Assembly (NCBI GenBank): GCA_964016885.1
Contig: OZ024744.1
Coordinates: 49,104,001-49,168,000 of the forward strand
Direction: 5' to 3'
Length of the DNA: 64,000 nt
DNA from: Eledone cirrhosa
Lineage: Eukaryota
The position numbers and the translations under genes are program-made. Positions 50,040 to 63,200 of this stretch are shown here, piece by piece (position 1 is the first letter of the stretch; each line of letters starts with the position of its first letter). The notes beneath the pieces were generated by a model that did no database searches, had not been told where the DNA came from, and saw only the letters and a list, made by a program, of their open reading frames with translations.

Positions 50040-53000
50040 TAAGAAAAAACGTGAGTTTTTATTTAAATGTTATATTATTGTGTAACTTGACCCCCCGTCA
50101 TGACTTTCAAGTGGTGGGTCAACTCATTTTCGCCCCTACAGGGGCGAAATATCCATTTAAAAAATATTTTTCTCCATCGAATATTGGAAAAAATATTGTA
50201 AAAGTTTGATTACGTTATGAACGCTGCGTCCAACGTTAATGGTGGTGGAGAGGCGGTAAGACTACAAAGCTCGCAGTCAACAACGTCTTCTTCACTAGAT
50301 ACTATAGAGATGGAAAGACGAAATGAAAATGTAAAAACGAATTCATATCCAAACAACACAAATGACCCCAAACAGTTCAATGACAACAAAAATAACAGCA
50401 ACACCAATAATGATGATAAAAGCAACAATGATAACAACAACAAAGAAAAAAATAAAGACAACACCAATAACACCAGCATCAAAGACAACAACAACACCAA
50501 GGAAAATACGAATAATACCAACATCGGTGACAATAAGAATAACAACAATAATAACAACAATAATGACAACACCAACACGGATTCCACAAAGAAACCAAAA
50601 ATCTACTTTGCAGAGAAAGTTAAAAAAAAGGAGGAATTGATATATCTTGACATAACAAATGCTGAACAACTTTTAAAGGACGCTAGGAGATATGTCACTT
50701 TCGAAAAAAATGGTGCTTTCAGCATCAATTCTCCGGTAGAAATTCGCAAGGAAACTGCTCTCAAAACGATAGTTTTTAGGACAGTTTCCAATTCTACCCG
50801 AAAACCAGCCCAATTGTCACAGAAAGAAATTGAACTGGTTTTCAAAAATTCAATGAATGATATTGCATTCATTCAAAGAAGCAAACTTTTTGGGAGTATT
50901 TCGGTACTCATGAAGGATCAATTGACGGCCCAAAATTACTCTGTGTCGCCAATTGTATCCAACCTGTACACCTTTTTCCCTACATACATGGGAAAAAGGA
51001 CACAAAAGATCAGAATCACGAGTGTCACACCAAAGGTGAACATATGGTGGATACTGTGCAGCTTCATCAATTTTGACGAAGACAGAATACTGTCAGTAGA
51101 AAAGTCCCCCAGAGATGTATTCAATGGGACTAGCATTGAAGTTCTGGTGCAAATGAGCCCAGAGCGAATAGCTATGATCCCACAACGTGTACTCCTGGGC
51201 GGACTCACCTACATAAACTTTTCGGTTGAGGGTAGGCGGCCTTCATGTTACCATTGCTTTAGCAGGGGTCACCTGAGAGCTTCCTGTCCTAAATTAATGA
51301 ATAAAAAAAAGGCTCTTCTGCCGACACCCATCAAAACAACACAACCACCAACACCACCACAACAACAACAACACCAACACACAACAATAACCACAACAAA
51401 CACAGTCCCACCCAACCCCACTCCACCTAAAACCACTGCAAAATCACATACAGACACAACAGCTCCCCAAGACATACCCCTCCCCAATCACACAGACGAT
51501 ACAACAGATGAGGCTATCTCGCCATCACCCAGTGAAGACGAGGGAGAACCCCATCGCTCGAAAAGAAAGAAAAGACATCACAAAAGCAAAAACCAGCAAA
51601 CACTGCCACAAACATACAACCACCAACACAAACAACAAAAACATCACAAACAAAACCCCCACCTCCTGAAAACAAAATACCTACAACAAAACGAAAGCAC
51701 ACACAAGAACTACAGACAAAAACAAACACAACACAAGAAAATTACACTTACACTTACATAAACACTGAAAACAAAACACTAATGGAGACCATCACGAACG
51801 ACCCTTCGGTGAAAACCGAAGGGAAAACTTTCGCCCTCTCTATTAAAAATAGCAAAAAACTGAACCTAAAACTGATTAGGGTCCCTATACAAACTTATAG
51901 GTCCCTAAAAGAAACATTTGAGAAGGATGTGGGGAATTCCTGCGTGAAACCACTCAACCGCGTCCTTCTCAAATGTCTCCCCACCCCAGACACCCCCATC
52001 CCACCAGACCCCACCCCACCAAACATCTCCGCCCCACCCCGCCGGAAACCACCATCCATCCAGACAACCCCTCCAACACCCCCATGGAAATCGTGCGGCC
52101 TGGTCCACAGGAGACGAAGGGTGAGTGATCTCTTTTCCTCTTTTAACTTTTCAGCACCAACATGGCCAATATAAGAGTTGGATGTGTGAACGTACGCGGC
52201 CTGGGGATGCCCTGGAAACAGGGCAAACTCTTAAACGACCTCAGGTCGCACAGTATGGATGTAGTAGCCATTTGCGAGTCCAGGATCCACAGCGAGCGAC
52301 AGCTGGCCCCCATCTTCGATGACTTTGAGATCTACGCATCTCTCTGTCAACCTGGGGGTGGGGGCGGAGTTACCGTTTTGCTGCGGAAACACCTGGGCTT
52401 CGTAACACAGACGGTACATCTGGACCCGGAGGGTCGACTGGTGGTCCTAGACGTTGACGGTAGTGAAGGTGGAGCCTTCAGGCTGGTGGCCGCATATGCC
52501 CCATCCGAGACACCGCGGCCAGACTTCTTCAAACGTCTAGAGACTTTTCTGGGAACGTCCCGCTCCTTGCTTTTAGTGGGGGACTGGAATGGAATCCTAG
52601 ATGCACGTTGGGACTATGTGGGAGCATGTCCCGATAAAGGGGGGGGGGGTGTAACAGCCTCAAACAGTTAATCGACCGATTTGACCTGGCCGATAGATAT
52701 CGACTAGATTTTCCGACTGCGCCACTGTGGACGTGGAGTAATCGTAGCGGAACATCTAGATTGTACCTAGATAGGGTTCTAGTTAGAAATAAGGATATGG
52801 ACATGTTAAGCTGTCCACAAATGTTCATGGTTGCCTATTCAGATCACAAACTAGTGACCTGCATGGCCAACCTTGATAGAACCCATAGACAAGGACCCAG
52901 CTACTGGAAGCTGAACTTGTCGTTACCGACAAGCAAAGCCTACAGTAGACGGATTAGCACTTTAGTTAAACAGCACTTGACAGGGGCCATTGTCAACAAC

Positions 53001-55870
53001 AAATGGTGGTACTCTCTCAAGAGGGAAGTTAGATTAGACTCGATAGTTTTTAGTAAAGAATTAGCGTTAGATAGAAATAGAACCGAGATGGAACTGGTAG
53101 ATAAAGTAGAAGAGGCAATTAGAAGTGGCAACGTAGCCAGCGTGCTAGCAACGAGAACGGCCTTGGAGCAGTTCTTCGACGCAAAGCACGAGGGCTCGTT
53201 GTCAGAAGCAAAATACGTGCTCTGGGAAACAAGGGAGCCAAAGCTGTTAGCTGGGCCCGAGTGACGGAGGCAAAAAGTGGCAACAAGTCCACGATTCGGT
53301 CTTTGAAGGACCAAAACGGACGCGTGATACATGAGCCGAAGCAGATGTGTGCGACTTTTCAGTGGCACTTTGCTCAACTGTTCGGGGGGAACGGCACGAC
53401 GGGAGAGGCTATGGATTTCGGTCCATATCTCGACGGCCTACCGCAACTCTCGGACAGCGAGGCAAAGTTCTGCGAAAAGCCGATTTCAGCCACTGAGATA
53501 GGGGACGCGCTGAGCCAATGCGGCAAACGCAAATCTCCAGGTCTCGACGGTCTACCCTACGAATTTTACGTAGCAATGCCGGACTTATTCTCCGGTCTCC
53601 TGGAAGCGGTCTAGTGCAACTGGCAACAGAACGGGAGAATTCCCAGTTCTGTAACCGGGGGCGTGGTCACACTAATCAGGAAGGACGAGAATAAGGGGGA
53701 TGACATAGGCAAATTCCGGCCCATAACTCTGCTCAACACAGAGTTACAGATTTTGGCTAAGGTGTTGGCAAAGAGGCTGGCGCTTGTCGTCGAGAACCTG
53801 GTGGGAGAAGCGCAGACATGCGCAATCCCGACCAGGTCCATACACGACAACCTCCACCTCATGCGATACATCATAGAGAGGGTTGGGTGTAAACCCGGCT
53901 TCGGTGGGGCCCTGATCAACTTGAATCAGTCTAAGGCTTTCGATAGGGTTGACCATCGTTACCTGGATGCGGTGCTCGAGGTGGCAGGCTTCGGACCCGT
54001 GTTCAGGGGCTGGATTGCTGCAATGCACAACAGCAACATCTGCTCAAGGGTCAAGGTGAACGGCTACCTCTCGGAGCCGTTCCATATTACGCGATCCATT
54101 CGACAGGGATGCCCTCTCTCCTCCCTTCTGTACGTACTGACTCACGAGCCACTACTGCGGAAGTTGGAGCTATTGCAGGGCATCCCTCTGGGACCGGGAC
54201 TGCGAAAAGCGGCGTCGGCCTACGCCGACGACGTGACAGTAATGGTGTCGAGCGCCTCGCAAATCGAGGAAGTCGCCACTTTACTGAAGGAATACGAAAG
54301 TTTCACAGGAGCGAAACTGAACCGGGACAAGGCCATCGGTTTGCAACTTGGATCGTGGAGAGGCAAACCGATGACTTCCGATGGCGTCGTCGGACGCTGG
54401 ACGGAAGGACCGGTAAAGCTGCTCGGGGTCTGGTTTGGTCCGGACCTCCAGGTGGAGAAGAACTGGAACGAAGTGACGGCCAAGGTGTTTGCACTCACCC
54501 AGAAGTGGGCCGAGTGCAAACTATCCTTGAAATATCGAGCGGAGGTGGCGAACACTTTTATAGCGTCCGCCATCTACTACCGCTTCACCGTCGTGCCTTG
54601 TCCACCCAAAACGCTCGCCAAAATGGAACGCGCGCTCTTCCGATTCCTTTGGAAGAATGGGGCTCCTTTGGTGAGAAGATCCATCTGCTGCCAACACCCT
54701 TCTAACGGAGGGCTGGGGAGGCCGTGGTTGACGATGCGCAAACACGCGCTCAGGCTGCGGCATCTCTACGTATTCCTCACCGGACAACCAGTGTGGGCCC
54801 CGTTCGTGAGGCGAGCCTTCCCACGACTCGTCTCGCTGACCGAGCTGCAGTCCTGGGTCAAGCAAAGACCGAGGAAAATGGGCGACTGGCACATCGAATG
54901 TGCTCAGGCGCTGACAGCCCTCTGGCAGGCGGACCTAGCGATCAGTGGAGACTCCACTTCGTCATTCTATAGAGGGTTGATCCGCAGCAAGTGCGACGAC
55001 GCGCTCGGTGAAACTCTAGGCGCAGAGGAAGATGAAATGGCCAGTCTGTTCGGTAGGACCTTCCGCCCGGGACCGATGGACAACTTACAAAAGTCACTGG
55101 CCTAGCAGTGCTACCGAGGAGCTCTACCAGTTCGAGACAAGCTCTACAGACATGGGCGCCCGGGCAGGGACCCTACAAAAAAGATCTGTCCGAGGTGCGT
55201 GCGAGACGAAGAAACCGTCGCGCACGCATTCATACACTGCCCGGGCGTCACTGACCTGTGGGGCTATGTAGAACGACTATCGTCGCGGGTGGGACCAATC
55301 CAGTTGACCACCGAGTCCATTGTCATGATCAAACCGCCACCCTCCTTCAAAAACGAAGGAGAGGCGGTTTTCCGTTGTGTGATAGCTATGGTGAAAGAGG
55401 TTGTATGGTGGACAAGGTTGAAAGGGCTGAGGTCAGACACCTTTTTCTCCGGCCAACAACTGATTCTTTTTTTCAAATACCACTTTGGAAGAAGAATCAG
55501 GGTGGAGAGAGAGGTGCTGTACCCCAGCAAGTTTTATGAAAGGTGGGTGAAAGTGGCGAGAATGGCCCGAGTGAATGGGCCTTCTCTCTATATCAGCCTG
55601 TAGGTTGAGGAAAAGGAGGAGGAGAGGAAAGGAGTACAAACTCTTCGTACTCCTGGAGATGAGGGTTGCACATTTTTTCGGGGGTATGTGTTACCCATAT
55701 AAACTGTCTCCCCCTATTGGGGAAAATCGACTAACTTTTTAAATTACATTTGTGATAACATTTTACACGTTTTTATTGTATGTAAACTTCTCCCTTCGTA
55801 TTTGTCCCCTTCTTTTGTGCCCCTGTGGCTAATAAAGAAACATATCTATCTATCTATCTATCTATTTATC
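50040..55870 (+). mobile_element. Tx1/L1-clade LINE family B, full length, decayed
   Basis: ORF1 50217-~52128 (CYHCFSRGHLRASC); ORF2 52162-55603 (CVNVRGL, ICESR, YSDHKL, AYADDV, CPRC..HC); 3' UTR, AATAAA, (TATC)n tail. Confidence 0.96.
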
Positions 55871-58800
55871 TGCCTGATGCATGGAACATCGCCGGTAAGC
55901 TTTTTTGTTAATTTCTATGCAAAAAAACCGAACCAATTGTTTGAAAAAACATAATATTTTGTAGATTAACCTCCAAGCTGAATTGTCAGCTGGGTGGTAA
56001 TCCCATTTTTCGCACCTTTAGGGGCGAAAACTTAATTTAAAAATTGTTTTAAAATATCAAATTTTGCCAACTATAAAACATGAATAGCTCGGAAAGAACG
56101 CTAGAGAACGTTGACAGAGAGAAGAGAGGTAAAGAGGCAGATATTAACGTTATATCTGCTTCTGCTACTATGGACGTCGCCATAGATACGACTGTCAACA
56201 AAGAGAAAAAATATTACCACTTGAAGATTTTAAAATTTCTACTGTCGAAGCGGGGAAAAATAACAATAACACACAGGAAAACACAGGAATTGAACCTATT
56301 AACATACATACACATGAAAAAGACAACATCAACAACTCCATAGATACATCTACACATAAAGTTTCACCTCGTCAAGAAATTGAGATTTCCAACACCAAGA
56401 CTAACAACGATAACAACAACAACAACAACAGCAATACCACACAAAAAAAATGTCTTTCACTGAAACTGAACAAAAAACAAGATTTTATAAATCTTGAAAT
56501 CTCCAATGCAAGAGATATGCTCCAGCAAGGGAGAAAATTTATAACTTTCGAAGACAAGGGTGGGTTTAGAATTAACTCACCCCTCGAAATAAAAGAAGAG
56601 ACAGTTCGAAGGTCAGTGACCTTTAGGACTGTCTCCAACACAACGAGAAAGCCGATATATGTTAATCAAGCAGATATAGAAGCCACTTTCAAGGAGACTC
56701 TAGCAAATATTGACTTTCTCCAATGAGGAAAACAATACGGAAGTGTTTCTGTACTGTTTAAAAGCGAGGCACTCGCCCAAAAACATTCTGTGACACCAAT
56801 GGTGTCAAAAGCATTCACCTTTTTCCCTACGTATATAGGATAAAGGACAAAAAAAAAATATATATATATATATATTACCAAAACATTAACATCTGGTGGA
56901 TCTTGGCTGGCTTCGTAGAGCCAGAGATTGATATGATTCTTTCGATACGAAAGTCTATTAGACAAAGGTGGGCGGGTACTGATTTGGAGATTCTGATTCA
57001 AATGAGGCTGGAGAGACAACAACAAAATAAACATTACGGTGGAGGGTCGAAAACTTCATTGCTTTCGCTGTGGTAGCACATCACACCTAAAGGCCTCCTG
57101 TCCTTCACAAACACACCACAACATCATTAAAAAAACACTATTACCAACACCAACACCAAAACAACCACCACCACAAGTACAACAACAGACGAAACGAGCA
57201 AACACACCAAAACAAACAGCCACTCAACCAACAACAACAGAAAAAACACAGACAACATCCCTGAAGAACACAGCCCCACCCCATCAAACACTACCACAAA
57301 CACACACACCAAAATACCACCACCACACAACATAACCCTACCCCACACTCCTGACGATGATTATTCATCGACAGATGAGGCTGCTTCTCCTTCTTTAAGT
57401 GAAGAAGGAGAGCCTCGGAAATCTAAAAAACAAAAAAGAGACACCACAAAACTCCCAAAACTCCAATCACCAACACCAACACACAACCACAGACACAAAC
57501 AACAACACAAACAACACCACAGTCAAACATCCCTCTACCAGAAAAATCAACACCAACACCACCCCAAACACAAGCACCCACCATAAAAAGAAAACTCCCG
57601 GACGAACAACAAACTAAAACAACACAACAAAAACACAAACAACAATACGCATACATCAACACAAACAACAAGAGTTTGATGGAGGTCATCTCCCAAAACC
57701 CCAAGGTGGAGATGGAGGGCAAAACTTTCGTCAAAGCAGAATCGTCTCCACACCTAAAACTAATAAGGGTTTCGATAGAAACCTATCAGAAATTGAAAAA
57801 AAAACAGTTTTCGCAGGATGTTGCAATCCCTGTCAAAAACCTATTAACCGCGTCCTATTAAAATGTTTCCCCACCCCACCCAACACCCCCAGAACTGAAA
57901 TGGAGATTGAACAACCCGATCTCCACCAACATGGCTAGTTTACGAGTTGGAAGCGTGAATGTGCGTGGCCTAGGGATGCCCTGGAAACAGGGCCAACTTT
58001 TAAACGATCTTAGGTCACACGGTATGGATGTGATAGCCATCACCAAGTCCAGGATCCACAACAGGCAGCAACTAACCCCCATCTTCGACGACTTTGAGAT
58101 CTACGCATCTCTCTGTCAGCCAGGAGGTGGAGGGGGAGTGGCTGTCATGTTTCGGAAGAACCTGGACGTCGAAGTACAGCAAGTACACTTGGACCCGGAG
58201 GGTATACTGGTAGTCCTAGACGTGAAAAGTATTGGAGGTGGAGTCTTCAGACTGGTGGCCGTTTATGCACCGACCGGGCAATCGCAATCACGGCCAGACT
58301 TCTTTAAGCATCTAGAGTCTTTTCTGGGAACATCTCGCTCCTTACTTTTAGTGGGGGACTGGAATGTTATCCTAGATGCACGATGGGACTATGTGGGAGC
58401 ATGTCCTAGTAGAGGGGGGTGCAAAAGCCTCAAAACTTTAATCGGCCAATTCCAACTGGCCGATAGGTATCGACTGGACTTCTCGACTGCACCACAGTGG
58501 ACGTGAGCAAACCGCAGGGGGACATCTATATCGTATTTAGATAGGTTCTTCATTAGAGAAAGGGACAACGATATGTTAAGCTGTCCACGAATGCACATGG
58601 TTGCCTATTCAGATCACAAATTAGTCGTCTGCTTAGTCAACCGTGATAGAATACATAGACAAGGACCCAGATACTGGAAGCTGAACGTCTCGTTGCCGGC
58701 ACGTAAAGCTTACAGTGAACGGATAAGTAGACTAGTCAAGCAACAGTTAACGGGAGCCATCGTCAACAATAGATGGTGGTACTCTCTCAAGAAAGCAATT

Positions 58801-60250
58801 AGAGTAGAATCGATAGGGTTTAGCAGAGAGTTAGCCTTAGAGAAAAACAAAATAGAAAGAGAACTAGTAGCCAAGGTAGAGGAGGCACTTAGAAGTGGCA
58901 ACGCGGCTAGAGTGTTAGCGTCAAGAACGGCACTAGACCAGTTCTTTGACGAAGGCTGCGTGGTCAGAAGCAAAACACGTGCTCTAGGAAACGAAGGAGC
59001 AAAGCTGTCAGCTGGGCCCGATTGGCAGAGGCAAAAAGTGACAACAAGTCCACGATTCGGTCTTTGAAAGACCAAAACGGACACATGCGACTTGAGCCGA
59101 AGCAAATGTGCGCGGCCTTTCAGCAGCACTTTGCGCGACTGTTTGAGCAGAATGATGGTGAGCCGAACTGGGTAATGGACTTTAGTTTATACCTCGACGG
59201 CCTGCCGCGTCTCTCAAACACGGACACCGAGTTCTGTGAAAGACCGATCACGGACACTGAGATATGGGACCGCTGCGGGGAATGCAAGTCACCAGGTCTA
59301 GATGGTCTACCATATGAGTTTTACATAGGCATGCCGGACTTGTCCTCTGGCATCCTCGAAGCCGTCTACTGCAATTGGCAGCAGAACGGTAGAATTCCCA
59401 GTTCTGCAGGCAAGAGCGTAGTAATGCTGATCAGGAAAGACGAGAAAAAGGGGGACGAGATTAACAACTTCAGGCCCATAACTCTGCTCAACACAGAGTT
59501 AAAGATTTTGGCCAAGGTGCTAGCGACGAGGTTGGCACTTGTCGTCAAGAACCTGGTAGGGAAAGTGCAAACGTGTGCAATCCCGACCAGGTCCATAATG
59601 ACAACCTCCAATTCATGCGATACATCATAGAGAGGGTGGGTAGTAAACCCGGCTTCGGTGGGGCTCTGATCAATTTGGATCAGTCTAAGGCATTCGATAG
59701 GGTCGACCATCGATACTTGGAAGCGGTTCTCAAGGCGGCCGGTTTCAGTCCCGTTTTCAGAGGCTGGATTGAGGCGATGCACACCAGCATCTGCTCGAGG
59801 GTCAAGGTGAACGGCTACCTATCGGAGCCATTCGCCATCACGCATTCCATTCGACAGGGATGCCCTCTCTCTCCTCCATTCTGTATGTATTGACTCTAGA
59901 GCCATTACTGCGGAAATTGGAGCTATTGCAGGGCATCCCTCTAGAACCGGGACTGCGCAAAGCGGCGTCGGCTTATGCTGACAACGTGACGGTAATAGAG
60001 TCGAGCACCTCGGAAATCAGGTTGATCGGCAACTTACTGAAAGAATACGAAACGCTGACGGGAGCAAAACTAAATCCGGACAAGTCTGTCGGTTTGCAAC
60101 TCAGTATGTGGAGAGGAAAACCGATGACGTCCAACAGCGTCGTTGGATGCTGGACGGACGGACAGGTGAAATTACTCGGGTTTGGTTCGGTCCAGACCTC
60201 CAGGTGGAGAAAAACTGGAATGAGGTCACGGCCAAGGTGTTTGCGCTCAC
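55871..60250 (+). mobile_element. Tx1/L1-clade LINE family C, 3' end replaced by satellite
   Basis: ORF1 remnants 56080-57900 (CFRCGSTSHLKASC); ORF2 from ATG ~57930 to the RT region; breaks at GTGTTTGCGCTCAC. Confidence 0.93.
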
Positions 60251-63200
60251 AGTAGTTTCATAGATATATATAGGTAGAACATAGTCACAGTAGTTTCATA
60301 GATATATAGGTAGAACATAGTCACAGTAGTTTCATAGATATATAGGTAGAACATAGTCACAGTAGTTTCATAGATATATATAGGTAGAACATAGTCACAG
60401 TAGTTTCATAGATATATATAGGTAGAACATAGTCACAGTAGTTTCATAGATATATATAGGTAGAACATAGTCACAGTAGTTTCATAGATATATATAGGTA
60501 GACCATAGTCACAGTAGTTTCATAGATATATAGTAGAACATAGTCACAGTAGTTTCATATATATATAGGTAGAACATAGTCACAGTAGTTTCATAGGTAT
60601 ATAGGTAGAACATAGTCACAGTAGTTTCATATATATATATAGGTAGAACATAGTCACAGTAGTTTCATAGATATATAGTAGAACATAGTCACAGTAGTTT
60701 CATAGATATATATATATTAGAACATAGTCACAGTAGTTTCATAGATATATATATATAGTAGAACATAGTCACAGTAGTTTCATAGATATATATAGGTAGA
60801 ACATAGTCACAGTAGTTTCATAGATATATATAGGTAGAACATAGTCACAGTAGTTTCATATATATATAGGTAGAACATAGTCACAGTAGTTTCATAGATA
60901 TATATAGGTAGAACATAGTCACAGTAGTTTCATAGATATATAGGTAGAACATTGTCACAGTAGTTTCATAGATATATATAGGTAGAACATAGTCACAGTA
61001 GTTTCATAGATATATAGTAGAACATAGTCACAGTAGTTTCATAGATATATAGGTAGAACATAGTCACAGTAGTTTCATAGATATACAGGTAGAACATAGT
61101 CACAGTAGTTTCATAGATATATAGTAGAACATAGTCACAGTAGTTTCATAGATATATAGGTAGAACATAGTCACAGTAGTTTCATAGATGTATAGGTAGA
61201 ACATAGTCACAGTAGTTTCATATATATATAGGTAGAACATAGTCACAGCAGTTTCATAGATATATATATAGGTAGAACATAGTCACAGTAGTTTCATAGA
61301 TATATATAGGTAGAACATAGTCACAGTAGTTTCATATATATATAGGTAGAACATAGTCACAGTAGTTTCATAGATATATATATAGTAGAACATAGTGACA
61401 GTAGTTTCATAGATATATATAGGTAGAACATAGTCACAGTAGTTTCATAGATATATAGGTAGAACATAGTCACAGTAGTTTCATACATATATAGGTAGAA
61501 CATAGTCACAGTAGTTTCATAGATATATATAGGTAGAACATAGTCACAGTAGTTTCATAGATATATAGGTAGAACATAGTCACAGTAGTTTCATAGATAT
61601 ATATATATAGTAGAACATAGTCACAGTAGTTTCATAGATATATAGTAGAACATAGTCACAGTAGTTTCATAGATATATATAGGTAGAACATAGTCACAGT
61701 AGTTTCATAGATATATATAGGTAGAACATAGTCACAGTAGTTTCATAGATATATATAGTAGAACATAGTCACAGTAGTTTCATAGATATATATATAGTAG
61801 AACATAGTCACAGTAGTTTCATAGATATATATAGGTAGAACATATTCACAGTAGTTTCATAGATATATATAGGTAGAACATAGTCACAGTAGTTTCATAG
61901 ATATATATAGGTAGAACATAGTCACAGTAGTTTCATAGATATATAGGTAGAACATAGTCACAGTAGTTTCATAGATATATATATATAGTAGAACATAGTC
62001 ACAGTAGTTTCATAGATATATAGTAGAACATAGTCACAGTAGTTTCATAGATATATATAGGTAGAACATAGTCACAGTAGTTTCATAGATATATATAGGT
62101 AGAACATAGTCACAGTAGTTTCATAGATATATATAGTAGAACATAGTCACAGTAGTTTCATAGATATATATATAGTAAAACATAGTCACAGTAGTTTCAT
62201 AGATATATATAGGTAGAACATAGTCACAGTAGTTTCATATATATATAGGTAGAACATAGTCACAGTAGTTTCATATATATATAGGTAGAACATAGTCACA
62301 GCAGTTTCATAGATATATAGGTAGAACATAGTCACAGTAGTTTCATAGATATATATAGGTAGAACATAGTCACAGTAGTTTCATAGATATATATAGGTAG
62401 AACATAGTCACAGTAGTTTCATAGATATATAGGTAGAACATAGTCACAGTAGTTTCATATATATATAGGTAGAACATAGTCACAGTAGTTTCATAGATAT
62501 ATATAGGTAGAACATAGTCACAGTAGTTTCATAGATATATAGGTAGAACATAGTCACAGTAGTTTCATAGATATATAGGTAGAACATAGTCACAGTAGTT
62601 TCATAGATATATATAGGTAGAACATAGTCACAGTAGTTTCATAGATATATATAGGTAGAACATAGTCACAGTAGTTTCATAGATATATATAGGTAGAACA
62701 TAGTCACAGTAGTTTCATAGATATATATAGGTAGAACATAGTCACAGTAGTTTCATAGATATATAGGTAGAACATAGTCACAGTAGTTTCATATATATAT
62801 ATATAGGTAGAACATAGTCACAGTAATTTCATATATATATATAGGTAGAACATAGTCACAGTAGTTTCATATATATATATAGGTAGAACATAGTCATAGT
62901 AGTTTCATAGATATATAGGTAGAACATAGTCACAGTAGTTTCATAGATATATAGTAGAACATAGTCACAGTAGTTTCATATATATATAGGTAGAACATAG
63001 TCACAGTAGTTTCATAGGTATATAGGTAGAACATAGTCACAGTAGTTTCATATATATATATAGGTAGAACATAGTCACAGTAGTTTCATAGATATATAGT
63101 AGAACATAGTCACAGTAGTTTCATAGATATATATATAGTAGAACATAGTCACAGTAGTTTCATAGATATATATATATAGTAGAACATAGTCACAGTAGTT

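Noticed and set aside
52121-52154. Mini-intron GTGAGT...TTTTCAG between ORF1 and ORF2 of B (GTGAGT also at A's ORF1 stop; GCG|GTAAGA near both ORF1 starts)
   Set aside because: Only 34 nt, splicing does not put ORF1 and ORF2 in frame, A has no acceptor and C has no donor.
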